NCBI GenBank assembly: GCA_965248925.1
Contig: CBDFLE010000006.1
Span: 1,408,001-1,472,000, forward strand
Direction: 5' to 3'
Length of the DNA stretch: 64,000 nt
From: Candidatus Multivoradales bacterium
GTDB taxonomy: Bacteria > Acidobacteriota > Thermoanaerobaculia > Multivoradales > J023
In this document: positions 16,854-26,483 of the stretch, one piece after another
How positions within the stretch are numbered: position 1 is the first letter of the stretch
How the letters are laid out: every line of letters begins with the position of its first letter
Translations under genes and position numbers: made by a program
Notes under the pieces: generated by a model
Databases searched by the model: none
Seen by the model: only the letters and a program-made list of their open reading frames with translations
Told to the model about the DNA's origin: nothing

Positions 16854-19469
16854 TCAGTCAGGCTGATACTGGCGCAGCGCTTCGAGTCGCTCGCTGATAT
16901 CTCGGTAGCTGCTGTTGATGCCGAAAATCTCGACAAAGGTCTTGTAAGCAGACTCACCATCGCCGAGGTTGACGTAGGAATTGCCCATATCGTAGAGCAG
17001 ACCCAAGACCTCGTCCTGGCCAATCGCTGGCGAATCCAACCCCTTGCGGTACCACTTCATCGCCAGATCGGCGAGGCCCTTCTCCAAAAAGCACGAGGCG
17101 AGCAAGGAGCTGCACTCGACCAGGTAGCGCTCGTTCTTGGAGGCTAGTTGAAATTCGCCTATCGCCTCGTCGACCAATCCCATCTCGCGATAAGCAATGC
17201 CAAGGTTGAAGTGGGTGTCGTAGTCCTGCTCGCTCAGGTTCTCCGCCACTCCCCGCTTGAAGCCCTCGATGATCTCTTCCAGCGATTGCTCTTCCGCCTG
17301 CGGCACGCCGCGCCCAGCTTGGACTTGATCTTCGGTGAGCTCGCGTTCGAGTTCGGCAGCCAGGTCGAAGAAATCGTCTTCCTCTTCGAATAGGGATTCT
17401 TCGGAAGCCGTTTGTTGGGCACTTTCGCCGCCGGTGTCGTCTAACCAACTCAAACCAGTTTCGTCGAGCGGATCGACGTGCTCGATCGCTTCCGCGGCAG
17501 CGACCTGCTCGCCCAGGTCGCCTTCAGGCTCGTCATCGAGTTGCTCCAGGTCGAGTTCATCAGCCAACGAGAAGAGCTGCTCTTCGGGCTTCGCCGCGGC
17601 CGCCACCGGCTGGCTGGGCGCGGCTGCGGGCAACACTTCAGGCTCGGCGGACGAGGTTCCACTCGGCGCTACGGGATCGTCCTTCTCCTGCAGATTCAAG
17701 GCTGGCACCACACCGACGGGAATAACTTGGCTATCGTTGACACTCAGCGGCGCCTCGATGTCGAGATCCTCGAGCAGCGCGGCGATCCGATCATCTTCGT
17801 CAACCGCCGGCCCCGGTCCGCCGACCAGCTTTCCGTGGTCGAAACGAAAGCCTGCTGACAGCAATTTCCCTTTCAGTTCGTCCCAGGCCTCTACCTCGCC
17901 TCGTTCAGCCGCTAAGCGGGCAACCTCACCGGCATGCAGCAGCACTCCCTCGTGGGCGCCGGCTTCAAGTTCGACCGTGGCCAACAGGGCGAGGCCACCC
18001 AAGTGGTCGGAAGTGATGTTGAGTAGCTCAGCCAGGCGCCCTTGGGCCTTTTCCATCAGACCGTACTTGGCAAAGACTTGGGCCTCCGCCAGCAGATCCT
18101 CCTGGCGCTGTGCCGGGGAACCACCACCCGAATCACCGACCACCGCGTCCTCGGCCAATTCCGGATCAGAGAGCTCGAATGCCACTGGTGACTCTGCAAC
18201 CACTCCGACATCGGGTACTTCAAGATCTGCAAGCTCTTCTAGAGACCACTCGATCTCGTCGCCGGTGGCCAGCACCTCTTCGCTCGGTGCCGGGGCGAAC
18301 GCTCCTGGCGCCGGCACGGTGGAATCGGACTCGTCCAACATCGGTACGAGATCGAGAGTCAAGGAGGTCTCGTCAGCTGCGGAATCTAAGTCGAACGAGA
18401 CCTCGGGCTCGGGCTCACTGAGGGTGTCATCGAGGTCGAGCAGCTGCGAACTGCCGAAGCTCTCAAGTTCGAGTTCTAGTTCTTCCGCGGTTCCCGGGTC
18501 TGCCGCCGGCAGGAGGTCCGCGGGCGGCTGGACCAGACTGTCGGGAACTTCGTCGTCGTTCAGGTCGAGGACGAAGATGCCGCTCTCATCAGCGTCTTCG
18601 TCCTCCGGTGCTGCCCAGCCCTGGTTGCTGATCGCGGGTTCGGCCTCAAGTGCCGGTAGCGGGAGCGGCTCAACCTGCTGCTCCTCCTCGACTACGACCG
18701 GCTCTTCTTGAACCGGCTCTGGCTTCGCTTTCGCACCGTCGGCCCGCAGCAGGCGACCGATGCTCCCCGCCTCAGGATTGAGTTCTTCGGCTCGCTCCAG
18801 TACTTTCGCCGCGGTATCGAGATGGCCCCCATCGCGCAGCTCAACGACTACATCACGCACCAAAGCCAGATTCTTCGCGTTGATCTCTATCGCCCGAATG
18901 TAGACCTGCCCAGCTTCATCGACCGACTCGTTGTCGATCAGCATCTGGGCCAGCGCGCTGTACTCGCGCACCGCCTTCTCGTGCAGATGCTGACTCTCGT
19001 AGAGTTCGGCTAAACGCAAATGAAGCGCGGGGTTCTGCGCGTCGACTTCGACCATCTTCTGGTAGATGGTGATGGCGGAAGCTGGATTGTCGTGACGATG
19101 GTAGTAGTCGGCAAGGACCTGATACTGGGTGCGGGCCTCATTGAGCAAGCCCTGACGGTGATAGAGCTCGGCAAGCTTTTCGTAGACCGGCAGAGTGGTC
19201 GGATCGAGCTTGATGATCTTCTTGTAGATGGCGATCGCTTTGACCAAGAAGCCATCTCGGGTGTACTGCTCGGCGATCTGCGAGAAGAGCTTGACCGCTT
19301 CGTCATAGCGCTCGATGCGAGCGTAGAGGTCACCGACCCGATTGAGGGTGTTGGCATCAGTGGGGTTCTCCGCCAGCACCTTGCGGTACTCGTTGATCGC
19401 CGCTTCCAGCTTGCCCTTGGAAACATAGCGTTCGGCAGCACGGATGACCTTCTCGCGCTTGATCGCCAT
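16854..19469 (-). CDS. TPR protein with acidic low-complexity centre (SgmX/FimV-like polar scaffold)
   Basis: N-terminal TPR array; D/E/P-rich linker; EAQVFAKYGL motif; C-terminal TPRs DYDTHFNLGIAYREMGLVDEAIGEFQ. Confidence 0.75.
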   Translation of the reverse strand: MAIKREKVIRAAERYVSKGKLEAAINEYRKVLAENPTDANTLNRVGDLYARIERYDEAVKLFSQIAEQYTRDGFLVKAIAIYKKIIKLDPTTLPVYEKLAELYHRQGLLNEARTQYQVLADYYHRHDNPASAITIYQKMVEVDAQNPALHLRLAELYESQHLHEKAVREYSALAQMLIDNESVDEAGQVYIRAIEINAKNLALVRDVVVELRDGGHLDTAAKVLERAEELNPEAGSIGRLLRADGAKAKPEPVQEEPVVVEEEQQVEPLPLPALEAEPAISNQGWAAPEDEDADESGIFVLDLNDDEVPDSLVQPPADLLPAADPGTAEELELELESFGSSQLLDLDDTLSEPEPEVSFDLDSAADETSLTLDLVPMLDESDSTVPAPGAFAPAPSEEVLATGDEIEWSLEELADLEVPDVGVVAESPVAFELSDPELAEDAVVGDSGGGSPAQRQEDLLAEAQVFAKYGLMEKAQGRLAELLNITSDHLGGLALLATVELEAGAHEGVLLHAGEVARLAAERGEVEAWDELKGKLLSAGFRFDHGKLVGGPGPAVDEDDRIAALLEDLDIEAPLSVNDSQVIPVGVVPALNLQEKDDPVAPSGTSSAEPEVLPAAAPSQPVAAAAKPEEQLFSLADELDLEQLDDEPEGDLGEQVAAAEAIEHVDPLDETGLSWLDDTGGESAQQTASEESLFEEEDDFFDLAAELERELTEDQVQAGRGVPQAEEQSLEEIIEGFKRGVAENLSEQDYDTHFNLGIAYREMGLVDEAIGEFQLASKNERYLVECSSLLASCFLEKGLADLAMKWYRKGLDSPAIGQDEVLGLLYDMGNSYVNLGDGESAYKTFVEIFGINSSYRDISERLEALRQYQPD

Positions 19470-20128
19470 CAGCCACCACCTTCAGCCGTCAGCTGCAGCC
19501 GTGGCAACACCGAACGGAAAGTCAGGCGATGCTCGGCGGTGGGCCCGAATTCGGCCAATGCCTGGCGGTGCGCGGGCGCGCCGTAGCCTTTGTTGGCGGC
19601 AAATCCATATTGCGGAAAGCGTCGTTCAAGCCGCCGCATGGTGTGATCTCGCGCCACTTTGGCGAGGATCGATGCACAGGCGACGGCGTAGCTAATCTGA
19701 TCGCCGCGGATCACTGGCAAGATGGGAAAGGCTGCGGTTCCGGGATGCACGGCGTCGATCAAGGCGATATCTGGGGCTGGTTCGAGCCTGGCAAGCGCAC
19801 CGCGCATGGCCTTGCGTGTCGCTTGCAGGATGTTGATGCGGTCGATCTCCCGCGCTGAAACAAAGCTCACCGCATGAACCGGGTGGGCCTTCTCGATGGC
19901 CGTTGCCAAACGTTCTCGGGCCGTTTCGCTAAGCCGCTTGCTGTCATCCACGCCTGGAACCACGATACCAGGCTCGACGACAACCGCCGCTGCCGCCACT
20001 GGGCCGGCCAGACATCCCCGACCGACCTCATCAACGCCAGCCACTCGGCCGTAGCCACTACTCCGCAGCAGGTCTTCGAGACCTTGCAAGAGGCGGAGGC
20101 GGTACGCCTCTACCAACAGATGGGCCAT
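19469..20128 (-). CDS. rnhB: Ribonuclease HII
   Basis: GVDEVGRGCLAGP, DSKRL, IDRINILQAT, ASILAKVARD. Confidence 0.95.
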   Translation of the reverse strand: MAHLLVEAYRLRLLQGLEDLLRSSGYGRVAGVDEVGRGCLAGPVAAAAVVVEPGIVVPGVDDSKRLSETARERLATAIEKAHPVHAVSFVSAREIDRINILQATRKAMRGALARLEPAPDIALIDAVHPGTAAFPILPVIRGDQISYAVACASILAKVARDHTMRRLERRFPQYGFAANKGYGAPAHRQALAEFGPTAEHRLTFRSVLPRLQLTAEGGG

Positions 20129-20234
20129 AGTCGTCAAAAGCAGCCAGCTCCCAATCCACCAACTGGTCTGAACCAACGATGGTTTGCGCTCTCTATAGCA
20201 GCAGACTTCGGCGGCGCCGTGCTGCCTCACAGGG

Positions 20235-20582
20235 TCAGATATCCCGCCGCTCTTCGATACGCGCTGCCTTGCCACGCAGCTCCCGCAGGTAGTAGAGCTT
20301 GGCACGGCGCACTTTGCCGCGGCGCACGACCTCTATCTTAGCGAGAGTCGGGGAATGCAGGGGAAAGACCCGTTCCACCCCGATGCTGCCCGAAATCTTA
20401 CGCACAGTAAAGGACTCACGGGTACCACCACCACGGCGGGCGATCACCACGCCTTGGAAAATCTGCACCCGCTCCTTGCTTCCCTCGACCACGCGCACAT
20501 GGACCTTCAGGCTATCTCCAGCCCGGAAGTCCGGCAGACCCTCTTTGAGGTAAGGACGTTCTACGCTCGTCAAATCACTCAT
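20235..20582 (-). CDS. rplS: 50S ribosomal protein L19
   Basis: [29 protein letters not shown]. Confidence 0.97.
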   Translation of the reverse strand: MSDLTSVERPYLKEGLPDFRAGDSLKVHVRVVEGSKERVQIFQGVVIARRGGGTRESFTVRKISGSIGVERVFPLHSPTLAKIEVVRRGKVRRAKLYYLRELRGKAARIEERRDI

Positions 20583-20634
20583 GGCAGCTCCTCAAATCCT
20601 TGCTCATGCTGGGGTGTATCCCCTCATTATTGAG

Positions 20635-21414
20635 TCATTCGACTCTTTCTTTCAAGATCTCAGCTACATCATTCTGCAAGCCGGGCTCAAGATCTCCGAC
20701 CAACTGCCGCAGCAGGCGACGATCTCCGTCCCTCAACGCGGCGCCGGCCAACAGATCGGGCCGCTTGATCAGCGTCGCGCGGAGTGCTTCGCCACTACGC
20801 CAACGGTCGATCTCGGCGTGGTTCCCCGACAGCAGCACGGCCGGCACCTGGCGGCCAGCAACTTCCCGTGGCCTGGTGTAGTGGGGGAAGTCGAGGAGCC
20901 CATGTCTGAAACTGTCGTGCTCAACCGATGCATCCAACCCCACAACTCCCGGCACCTGGCGCGACACTGCTTCGATCAACAACATCGCCGGCAGCTCGCC
21001 GCCGGAAACCACAAAGTCACCAATCGAGACCTCTTCATCGACCACCGCATCCAACACCCGCTGGTCAATACCCTCGTAGCGCCCGCAGAGCAGCAGCAAA
21101 TCCTGCCGCGCGGCCAGCTGCCGCACCTTGGCCTCGTCTAAACGAGACCCTTGCGGCGACAACAACACTCGCCACGGCTGGGCGCCTACAGTCAATTGCT
21201 CGACCGCCCGCAGCCAAGGCGCCGCGGTCATCACCATGCCGCCGCCGCCGCCGTAAGGCTCGTCATCGACACTGCGATGGCGATCGTCGGTGTAGTGCCG
21301 AAGATCGCTAACCGCGATCGTCAACAACCCTCGCTCGACCGCTCGACCCACCAGACTGGTCTCCACGAAGGGACCGAACAACTCTGGAAAAATCGTCAGG
21401 ACCTGGAAACGCAT
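20635..21414 (-). CDS. trmD: tRNA (guanine-N1)-methyltransferase
   Basis: VDDEPYGGGGGMV, CGRYEGIDQR, SIGDFVVSGGE, VLLSGNH. Confidence 0.97.
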   Translation of the reverse strand: MRFQVLTIFPELFGPFVETSLVGRAVERGLLTIAVSDLRHYTDDRHRSVDDEPYGGGGGMVMTAAPWLRAVEQLTVGAQPWRVLLSPQGSRLDEAKVRQLAARQDLLLLCGRYEGIDQRVLDAVVDEEVSIGDFVVSGGELPAMLLIEAVSRQVPGVVGLDASVEHDSFRHGLLDFPHYTRPREVAGRQVPAVLLSGNHAEIDRWRSGEALRATLIKRPDLLAGAALRDGDRRLLRQLVGDLEPGLQNDVAEILKERVE

Positions 21415-21417
21415 CTC

Positions 21418-21990
21418 TCAGCTCGAGCAGGTTGCCACCAACCCCGGCGGCAGCCGCAGCGCAATTTCACCGCGCTCGACATCGACTGCCTCCAGGAATT
21501 CCTCGACAAAAGGCACCATCAAGGTGCTGCCGGCGCCCTGGACCCGTAACAGGAGGCCACCACCGTTGTCTTCTACGTCGACCACCGTCCCGAGTTCACC
21601 CGCGACATGATCGCGACAGCGGCAGCCGACCAGCTCGAAGTGATAGAACGAGCCCTTCGGGGCAGGCGGCGCCGCGCACCGCTCAATCTCGAGACTGGCA
21701 CCGCGCAAGCCCTCGGCCGCATCGCGACTGTCGCAATTCTCAAGCTTCAATAGCCGACCGCCGCGAACCTGCCTGCTGGCCTCGATTCGAACCGCGCGCG
21801 GCTGGCCAGCGGGCTCGATCAAGATCAGTTCTCGGCCTTTGGCGAAGCGATCCGCGACATCGCTGTGGACGACTATCTTGAGTTCGCCCCGGATTCCGTG
21901 TGGGCGCACAATCTTGGCGACCAACAAGGTACCCGGGAGATCGCGCGAGGGGTCATGCTTCGCGGATCTCGAGTCCGTAGCGCTGGCCAT
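21418..21990 (-). CDS. rimM: Ribosome maturation factor RimM
   Basis: IVRPHGIRGEL, FYHFELVG, MVPFV; canonical position upstream of trmD. Confidence 0.9.
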   Translation of the reverse strand: MASATDSRSAKHDPSRDLPGTLLVAKIVRPHGIRGELKIVVHSDVADRFAKGRELILIEPAGQPRAVRIEASRQVRGGRLLKLENCDSRDAAEGLRGASLEIERCAAPPAPKGSFYHFELVGCRCRDHVAGELGTVVDVEDNGGGLLLRVQGAGSTLMVPFVEEFLEAVDVERGEIALRLPPGLVATCSS

Positions 21991-22207
21991 TCTGCTCCCC
22001 TCGCGCCGCCAGTAAGGCTCTCAAGGCTCTCGCGGTACGCCCCTGGCGACCGATCACCTTGCCCAGATCGCGACTCGGAAGGCACACATTGAAGCGGGTA
22101 AAGGAACCGTCTTGGCGCTCTTCGACGCGCACTTCGGCAGGCTCCTCCACCATGAGCCGAACCAGTTGGGTCAGCTCGCGGTGTAACGGCGTGACATCCT
22201 GACTCAC
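21953..22207 (-). CDS. khpA: KH-domain RNA-binding protein KhpA
   Basis: DLGKVIGRQGRTARALR; lies between rpsP and rimM. Confidence 0.9.
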   Translation of the reverse strand: MSQDVTPLHRELTQLVRLMVEEPAEVRVEERQDGSFTRFNVCLPSRDLGKVIGRQGRTARALRALLAARGEQNGQRYGLEIREA

Positions 22208-22674
22208 TCGGTCTCCTTAGCCGGGCTATCTTCCGCCACCGCCGCAGCTTCGGCCGGAGTTGCCACCTCAGAGGCAGCTTCCTCGGTCGCCGACTCTTCA
22301 GCAGCAGGTGTCTCTTTAGCGGCGGCTTCAGCAGCCGGAGCGGCCTTCTCCGCGACTTTGACTACCGGCTCCGCGGCCGCTTTGTCGGCAACCTTCTTCG
22401 CCGCCGGCTCGGCCGAACCGGAATTGGCAACAGCGACCGGGCGAGCTGCCTGGCGCACCAGGCGACGGACCGTACTCGACAGCTGAGCACCGCGACCCTG
22501 CCAGAATTCCACGCGCTCGGAATCGATCTTGACAACGGCCGGCTTCTTACACGGATCGTAGTATCCGATCTCGTCGAGCGCGGCGGCCGTCGGCACGTTG
22601 CGGGCGTCGGAAACGACGACCCGATAGAACGGGCGATGTCGGCTACCCATACGACGAAGCCGAATCTTGAGCAT
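22204..22674 (-). CDS. rpsP: 30S ribosomal protein S16 with Ala/Glu-rich C-terminal extension
   Basis: MLKIRLRRMGSRHRPFYRVVVSDAR, IGYYDP; GGAGG ribosome-binding site. Confidence 0.96.
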   Translation of the reverse strand: MLKIRLRRMGSRHRPFYRVVVSDARNVPTAAALDEIGYYDPCKKPAVVKIDSERVEFWQGRGAQLSSTVRRLVRQAARPVAVANSGSAEPAAKKVADKAAAEPVVKVAEKAAPAAEAAAKETPAAEESATEEAASEVATPAEAAAVAEDSPAKETE

Positions 22675-22914
22675 CTCTAGAACCTCCAGAATCTCGCGAG
22701 CCGCGCTAACGCGGCCCGACTAAGGCGTCAGGCTTGGGTGTCCTCGATACCATCTCGAGTCCCGTCTTCGCCTGGACTGCTGCGCACTACTGTACGCTGG
22801 GTCGTTACCCACGGCTTCCTCGGCGAGGCTATGTTTTCAGGGCACTTTCGCGAACCGTGCCGCAAAGACAAACCACCACCGGGACTCTTGACCAAGAGCC
22901 GTAGGGAGCAGCGG

Positions 22915-22923
22915 AATATAGCA
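22915..22923 (-). promoter_or_regulatory. Putative extended -10 promoter for the rpsP operon
   Basis: Minus strand TGCTATATT about 240 nt upstream of rpsP. Confidence 0.4.
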
Positions 22924-22964
22924 GGTTTCCACCGTCGGTGATACCTGAACTCCGGGGGGAGTTC

Positions 22965-24281
22965 TCAGATGCCCATCGACTGGCGCAAAAACTTGCCGCT
23001 GACCCCCTTCATCATTTTGCGCATCATGCGGTATTGCTTGAGCAGCCGGTTGATGTCCTGCACTCTGGTTCCCGATCCACGGGCGATGCGCTTCTTGCGC
23101 TTGGCGTTGAGCACTGCTGGCTTGCGCCGCTCGACGGGGGTCATTGAGTTGATGATCGCTTCGACCCGAGTGATCTGCTTTTCATCGACCGAGGCACCCG
23201 CCAAGCCCTTGAGCGGCCCTACCTTGGGCAGCATCTCCAACAACTGCGACATCGGCCCCATGCGGCGGATCTGGCGCAGCTGGTCGCGGAGATCTTCGAG
23301 AGAAAACTCATTCTTGGCGATGCGCTTCGCCAAACGCTCGGTCTCGTCGGCGTCGAGCCCTTGCTCGGCCTTCTCGATCAGGGACAGCACGTCGCCCATG
23401 CCGAGAATACGCGACGCCATCCGCTCGGGACGGAAGAGATCTAGATCCTCAAGTTTCTCACCGACTCCCAAATAGCGCAGCGGCACCTCAGCCACCGAGC
23501 GGATCGATAGCGCCGCGCCACCCCGAGCATCGCCATCGAGCTTGGTCAACACCACTCCGGTCAGTGGCATCGCGGCGGCAAAGGCCTGGGCGCTCTTGAC
23601 CGCATCCTGGCCGGTCATCGCATCAGCAACGAAGAGGGTCTCCACCGGCTTCGCCACCTCGGCCATCCGCCGCAGCTCTGCCATCAACTGGTCATCGACA
23701 TGCAGCCGACCGGCGGTGTCGATCAACAGCACATCGTGGCCACGGTCCCGAGCCGCGCCCAGCGCGCGCCGCACGAGACTGACCACGTCCTCTCCGGCCT
23801 GCGGTTCGAGTACCGGCACTTGCGCCAGGGCACCGACCTGCAGCAGCTGTTCCACGGCCGCGGCGCGCTGCAAATCGGCGGCTAGCAACAGCGGTTGGCG
23901 GCCTTTGCTGCGCAGCCGCAGCGCCAGCTTGCCAGCGGTGGTGGTCTTACCCGAACCCTGCAAGCCGCACAGCATGACCACCGCCGGAGAGCCCTTGAGC
24001 TGTAGCTCCTGACCGTCTTCACCGAGCAGCTGAGTGAGTTCATCACGAACGATCTTGATGACCTGCTGCGCCGGCGTCAGGCTGTCCATTACTTCGGCGC
24101 CGCCGGCACGCTCACCGACCCGGGCGATAAACGACTTGACGACCCGGAAATTAACGTCTGCTTCGAGCAAGGCAACGCGGATCTGTCGCAATGCGGCAGC
24201 GAGCGTTGCCGGCGTTACGGTGCCCTCGCCTCGCAACCGACGAAATACATCTTGCAGCTTGTCCTGCAGACCTTCGAACAT
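22965..24281 (-). CDS. ffh: Signal recognition particle protein Ffh
   Basis: MFEGLQDKL start, ALLEADV, GLQGSGKTT, DTAGR, TKLDGDARGG, M domain. Confidence 0.97.
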   Translation of the reverse strand: MFEGLQDKLQDVFRRLRGEGTVTPATLAAALRQIRVALLEADVNFRVVKSFIARVGERAGGAEVMDSLTPAQQVIKIVRDELTQLLGEDGQELQLKGSPAVVMLCGLQGSGKTTTAGKLALRLRSKGRQPLLLAADLQRAAAVEQLLQVGALAQVPVLEPQAGEDVVSLVRRALGAARDRGHDVLLIDTAGRLHVDDQLMAELRRMAEVAKPVETLFVADAMTGQDAVKSAQAFAAAMPLTGVVLTKLDGDARGGAALSIRSVAEVPLRYLGVGEKLEDLDLFRPERMASRILGMGDVLSLIEKAEQGLDADETERLAKRIAKNEFSLEDLRDQLRQIRRMGPMSQLLEMLPKVGPLKGLAGASVDEKQITRVEAIINSMTPVERRKPAVLNAKRKKRIARGSGTRVQDINRLLKQYRMMRKMMKGVSGKFLRQSMGI

Positions 24282-24534
24282 CGAATCACTCCTCGGAATC
24301 GGCGCCGCCAGCGGCGGACGGCTCATGGCATCTAGAGCCCCTGATGCTATCGGGCGCGACGCCATCCTCGCAATCCCATATCGCCCCGGAACCGATCTAG
24401 CACCGAGTCTACAGACTCTTGCTGTATCATCACCGATCTGATCTCCCCGCCGCTCAAGCGGTGGGCTCGCCGGTGACGGCTCTGGTGGAGGGCAAGAAGA
24501 CTTCATGCCCCGTAAATCAAAGGAGAACCCGAGC

Positions 24535-24852
24535 ATGACCAAAGCGTTTTTTGCAACCTGCCTGCTCTTGCTGGCCACCAGTCTGTTGATCGGCTGCAGC
24601 GGCAGCGATGCCACCAGCCAAGAAGCGACCCCGACCACCGCTCCCAGCGACGAGGCCACCGGCGACGCCACCAGCGAGAACGAGGCCGCTGAGCAGCCGG
24701 CCGATGAGCCGGCAGCTGAAGCTGAGGAAGGCGACCCAACAGCGGGCGACTCGACTGCCGGCGACGAGCAAGCCGCGACCGACGAAGAAGAAGACCCGGA
24801 AGCAGCCGATGGCGGCGAAGTGGACGAGGCCGGCGAGAAGCCAGTGTCGTAG
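24535..24852 (+). CDS. Small acidic, probably disordered lipoprotein
   Basis: AGGAG ribosome-binding site; lipobox LLIGC; D/E/A/T-rich mature part. Confidence 0.65.
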   Translation: MTKAFFATCLLLLATSLLIGCSGSDATSQEATPTTAPSDEATGDATSENEAAEQPADEPAAEAEEGDPTAGDSTAGDEQAATDEEEDPEAADGGEVDEAGEKPVS

Positions 24853-24935
24853 CAAGGCGGCTGGCCCACAGATTGGCTAGCTAATTTTGCGGCGGCCACC
24901 CTGGGGGCCGCCAGCTACCGCTATACTGCTCCGCC

Positions 24936-26483
24936 GTGGAACGTCGAGCCAAAATTGTTGCGACCATCGGCCCCGCCAGCGCTGACGATGCAGTTCTAGC
25001 CAAGCTGATCGCCAGCGGCATGGACGTGGTGCGGCTGAATCTCTCTCATGGCACTCAAGAAGATCATCGGCGGATGATCCACAACGTGCGACGGTTGGCG
25101 GCCGCCGCCAACCGCTTCGTGCCAGTAATCGCCGACCTGATGGGCCCCCGGTTCCGCCTCGGGCAGCTCGACCTGCGACAATTGGAAGAGGGGGAACGAG
25201 TCTCCCTCGGCGAGGGCGAGGTCGACCTACCAGTGGAAGACCCGAGCTTCTTGTCTCACGTCCAGCCGGGGGAGCGTCTGCTGATCGACAATGGCATGGT
25301 CGAGCTGGAGATCCTCGAAAAGCGTCAGGCAAAGGTACTGACCCGGGTGGTCACTGGCGGCGCCGTCACCACCCGCAAGGGCATCAACCTGCCGGATACC
25401 GAGCTACCGTTCACCATCTCGGACAAAGACCACTCGGACATTGCTTTCGCTGTCGCCGAGCGAGCCGATTACTTGGCGGTCAGCTTTGTCGGCGGAGCCG
25501 ACGACCTGATAGCGGTACGACAGGTGGTGAGCGCCGCAGGCGGCGAAATCCCGTTGATCGCCAAGTTGGAGCGCGCCACCGCCATGCGCCGCCTGGAGCA
25601 CACCGTGCTAGAGGCTGACGCGGTGATGGTGGCGCGCGGCGACCTTGGCGTCGAGGTGCCGCTACATCAGGTACCGGTGTACCAGAAGCGCATCATCGCC
25701 ATCGGCCGCCGCCTCGGCACGCCGGTGATCGTCGCCACTCAGATGCTCGAATCGATGATGGAACGACCGCGCCCCACCCGCGCCGAGTCTTCCGATGTCG
25801 CCAATGCGGTGTTCGATGGCGCTGATGCGCTGATGCTCTCGGGCGAAACCGCCGCTGGTGCCTACCCGGTGACCGCGGTGCGCACCATGGCGCGCATCAT
25901 CCTCGAGGCCGAGGCCTACCGCAGTGCCCATCGCGATCACCATTCCGACGGCAAGGCCAGCGAGCCGATTCTCCCCGGCCTGCACGAGCAAGCCCACATC
26001 GAACCCAACAAGGCCCGCGACTTGGAGATCCCTGATGTTGTCTCAGAAGCGGCGGTAGTGGCCGCCGGACGGCTCAACTTGCGCCAGATCATCGCCTTCA
26101 GCCAGAGCGGCTTCACCGCCCGCATGATCGCTCGCTACCGACCTCGAACTCCGCTGACGGTGGTCACCCACGACCTCCAGGTAGCGCGACGCCTGCAACT
26201 GGTCTGGGGTGCTCGGCCGCTGCTCATCGAAGTCGTCGCTGAGCACCACGACCAGCTGGTCGAGATCGTCGACGGCCTGCTCCTCGACGAGGGCCTGGCC
26301 GAAGTCGGCGACGTGGTGATTATGCTGATGGGAGTGCCGGTCAGCGAGCGTCCGCTGACCAATCTGATGCGCGTGCACCGGGTGCGCAAGCACCCTCCCG
26401 CGCCCACTTTGTCAGTGTCCGCGAGGCTGGCTGCTCGCACCGAAGAAGATGCGACCGTAGCGCACCCCATACTCGATCCCTGA
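24936..26483 (+). CDS. pyk: Pyruvate kinase
   Basis: KIVATIGPAS, RLNLSHG, MVARGDLGVE, ATQMLESM, MLSGETA. Confidence 0.96.
   Translation: MERRAKIVATIGPASADDAVLAKLIASGMDVVRLNLSHGTQEDHRRMIHNVRRLAAAANRFVPVIADLMGPRFRLGQLDLRQLEEGERVSLGEGEVDLPVEDPSFLSHVQPGERLLIDNGMVELEILEKRQAKVLTRVVTGGAVTTRKGINLPDTELPFTISDKDHSDIAFAVAERADYLAVSFVGGADDLIAVRQVVSAAGGEIPLIAKLERATAMRRLEHTVLEADAVMVARGDLGVEVPLHQVPVYQKRIIAIGRRLGTPVIVATQMLESMMERPRPTRAESSDVANAVFDGADALMLSGETAAGAYPVTAVRTMARIILEAEAYRSAHRDHHSDGKASEPILPGLHEQAHIEPNKARDLEIPDVVSEAAVVAAGRLNLRQIIAFSQSGFTARMIARYRPRTPLTVVTHDLQVARRLQLVWGARPLLIEVVAEHHDQLVEIVDGLLLDEGLAEVGDVVIMLMGVPVSERPLTNLMRVHRVRKHPPAPTLSVSARLAARTEEDATVAHPILDP

Noticed and set aside
17335-18711. 458-aa Ser-rich ORF antisense to the TPR protein
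   Set aside because: Mirror of the acidic D/E/L codons on the coding strand
22204-22440. Ala/Glu-rich extension of S16
   Set aside because: Such tails are common in several phyla
24282-24899. Apparent 205-aa N-terminal extension of Ffh in the ORF track
   Set aside because: The conserved start is MFEGL at 24281; the extension is the antisense shadow of the acidic lipoprotein gene
26412-26483. 72-bp convergent overlap of the pyk and pgsA 3' ends
   Set aside because: Non-conserved C-terminal tails; common in GC-rich genomes with few stop codons
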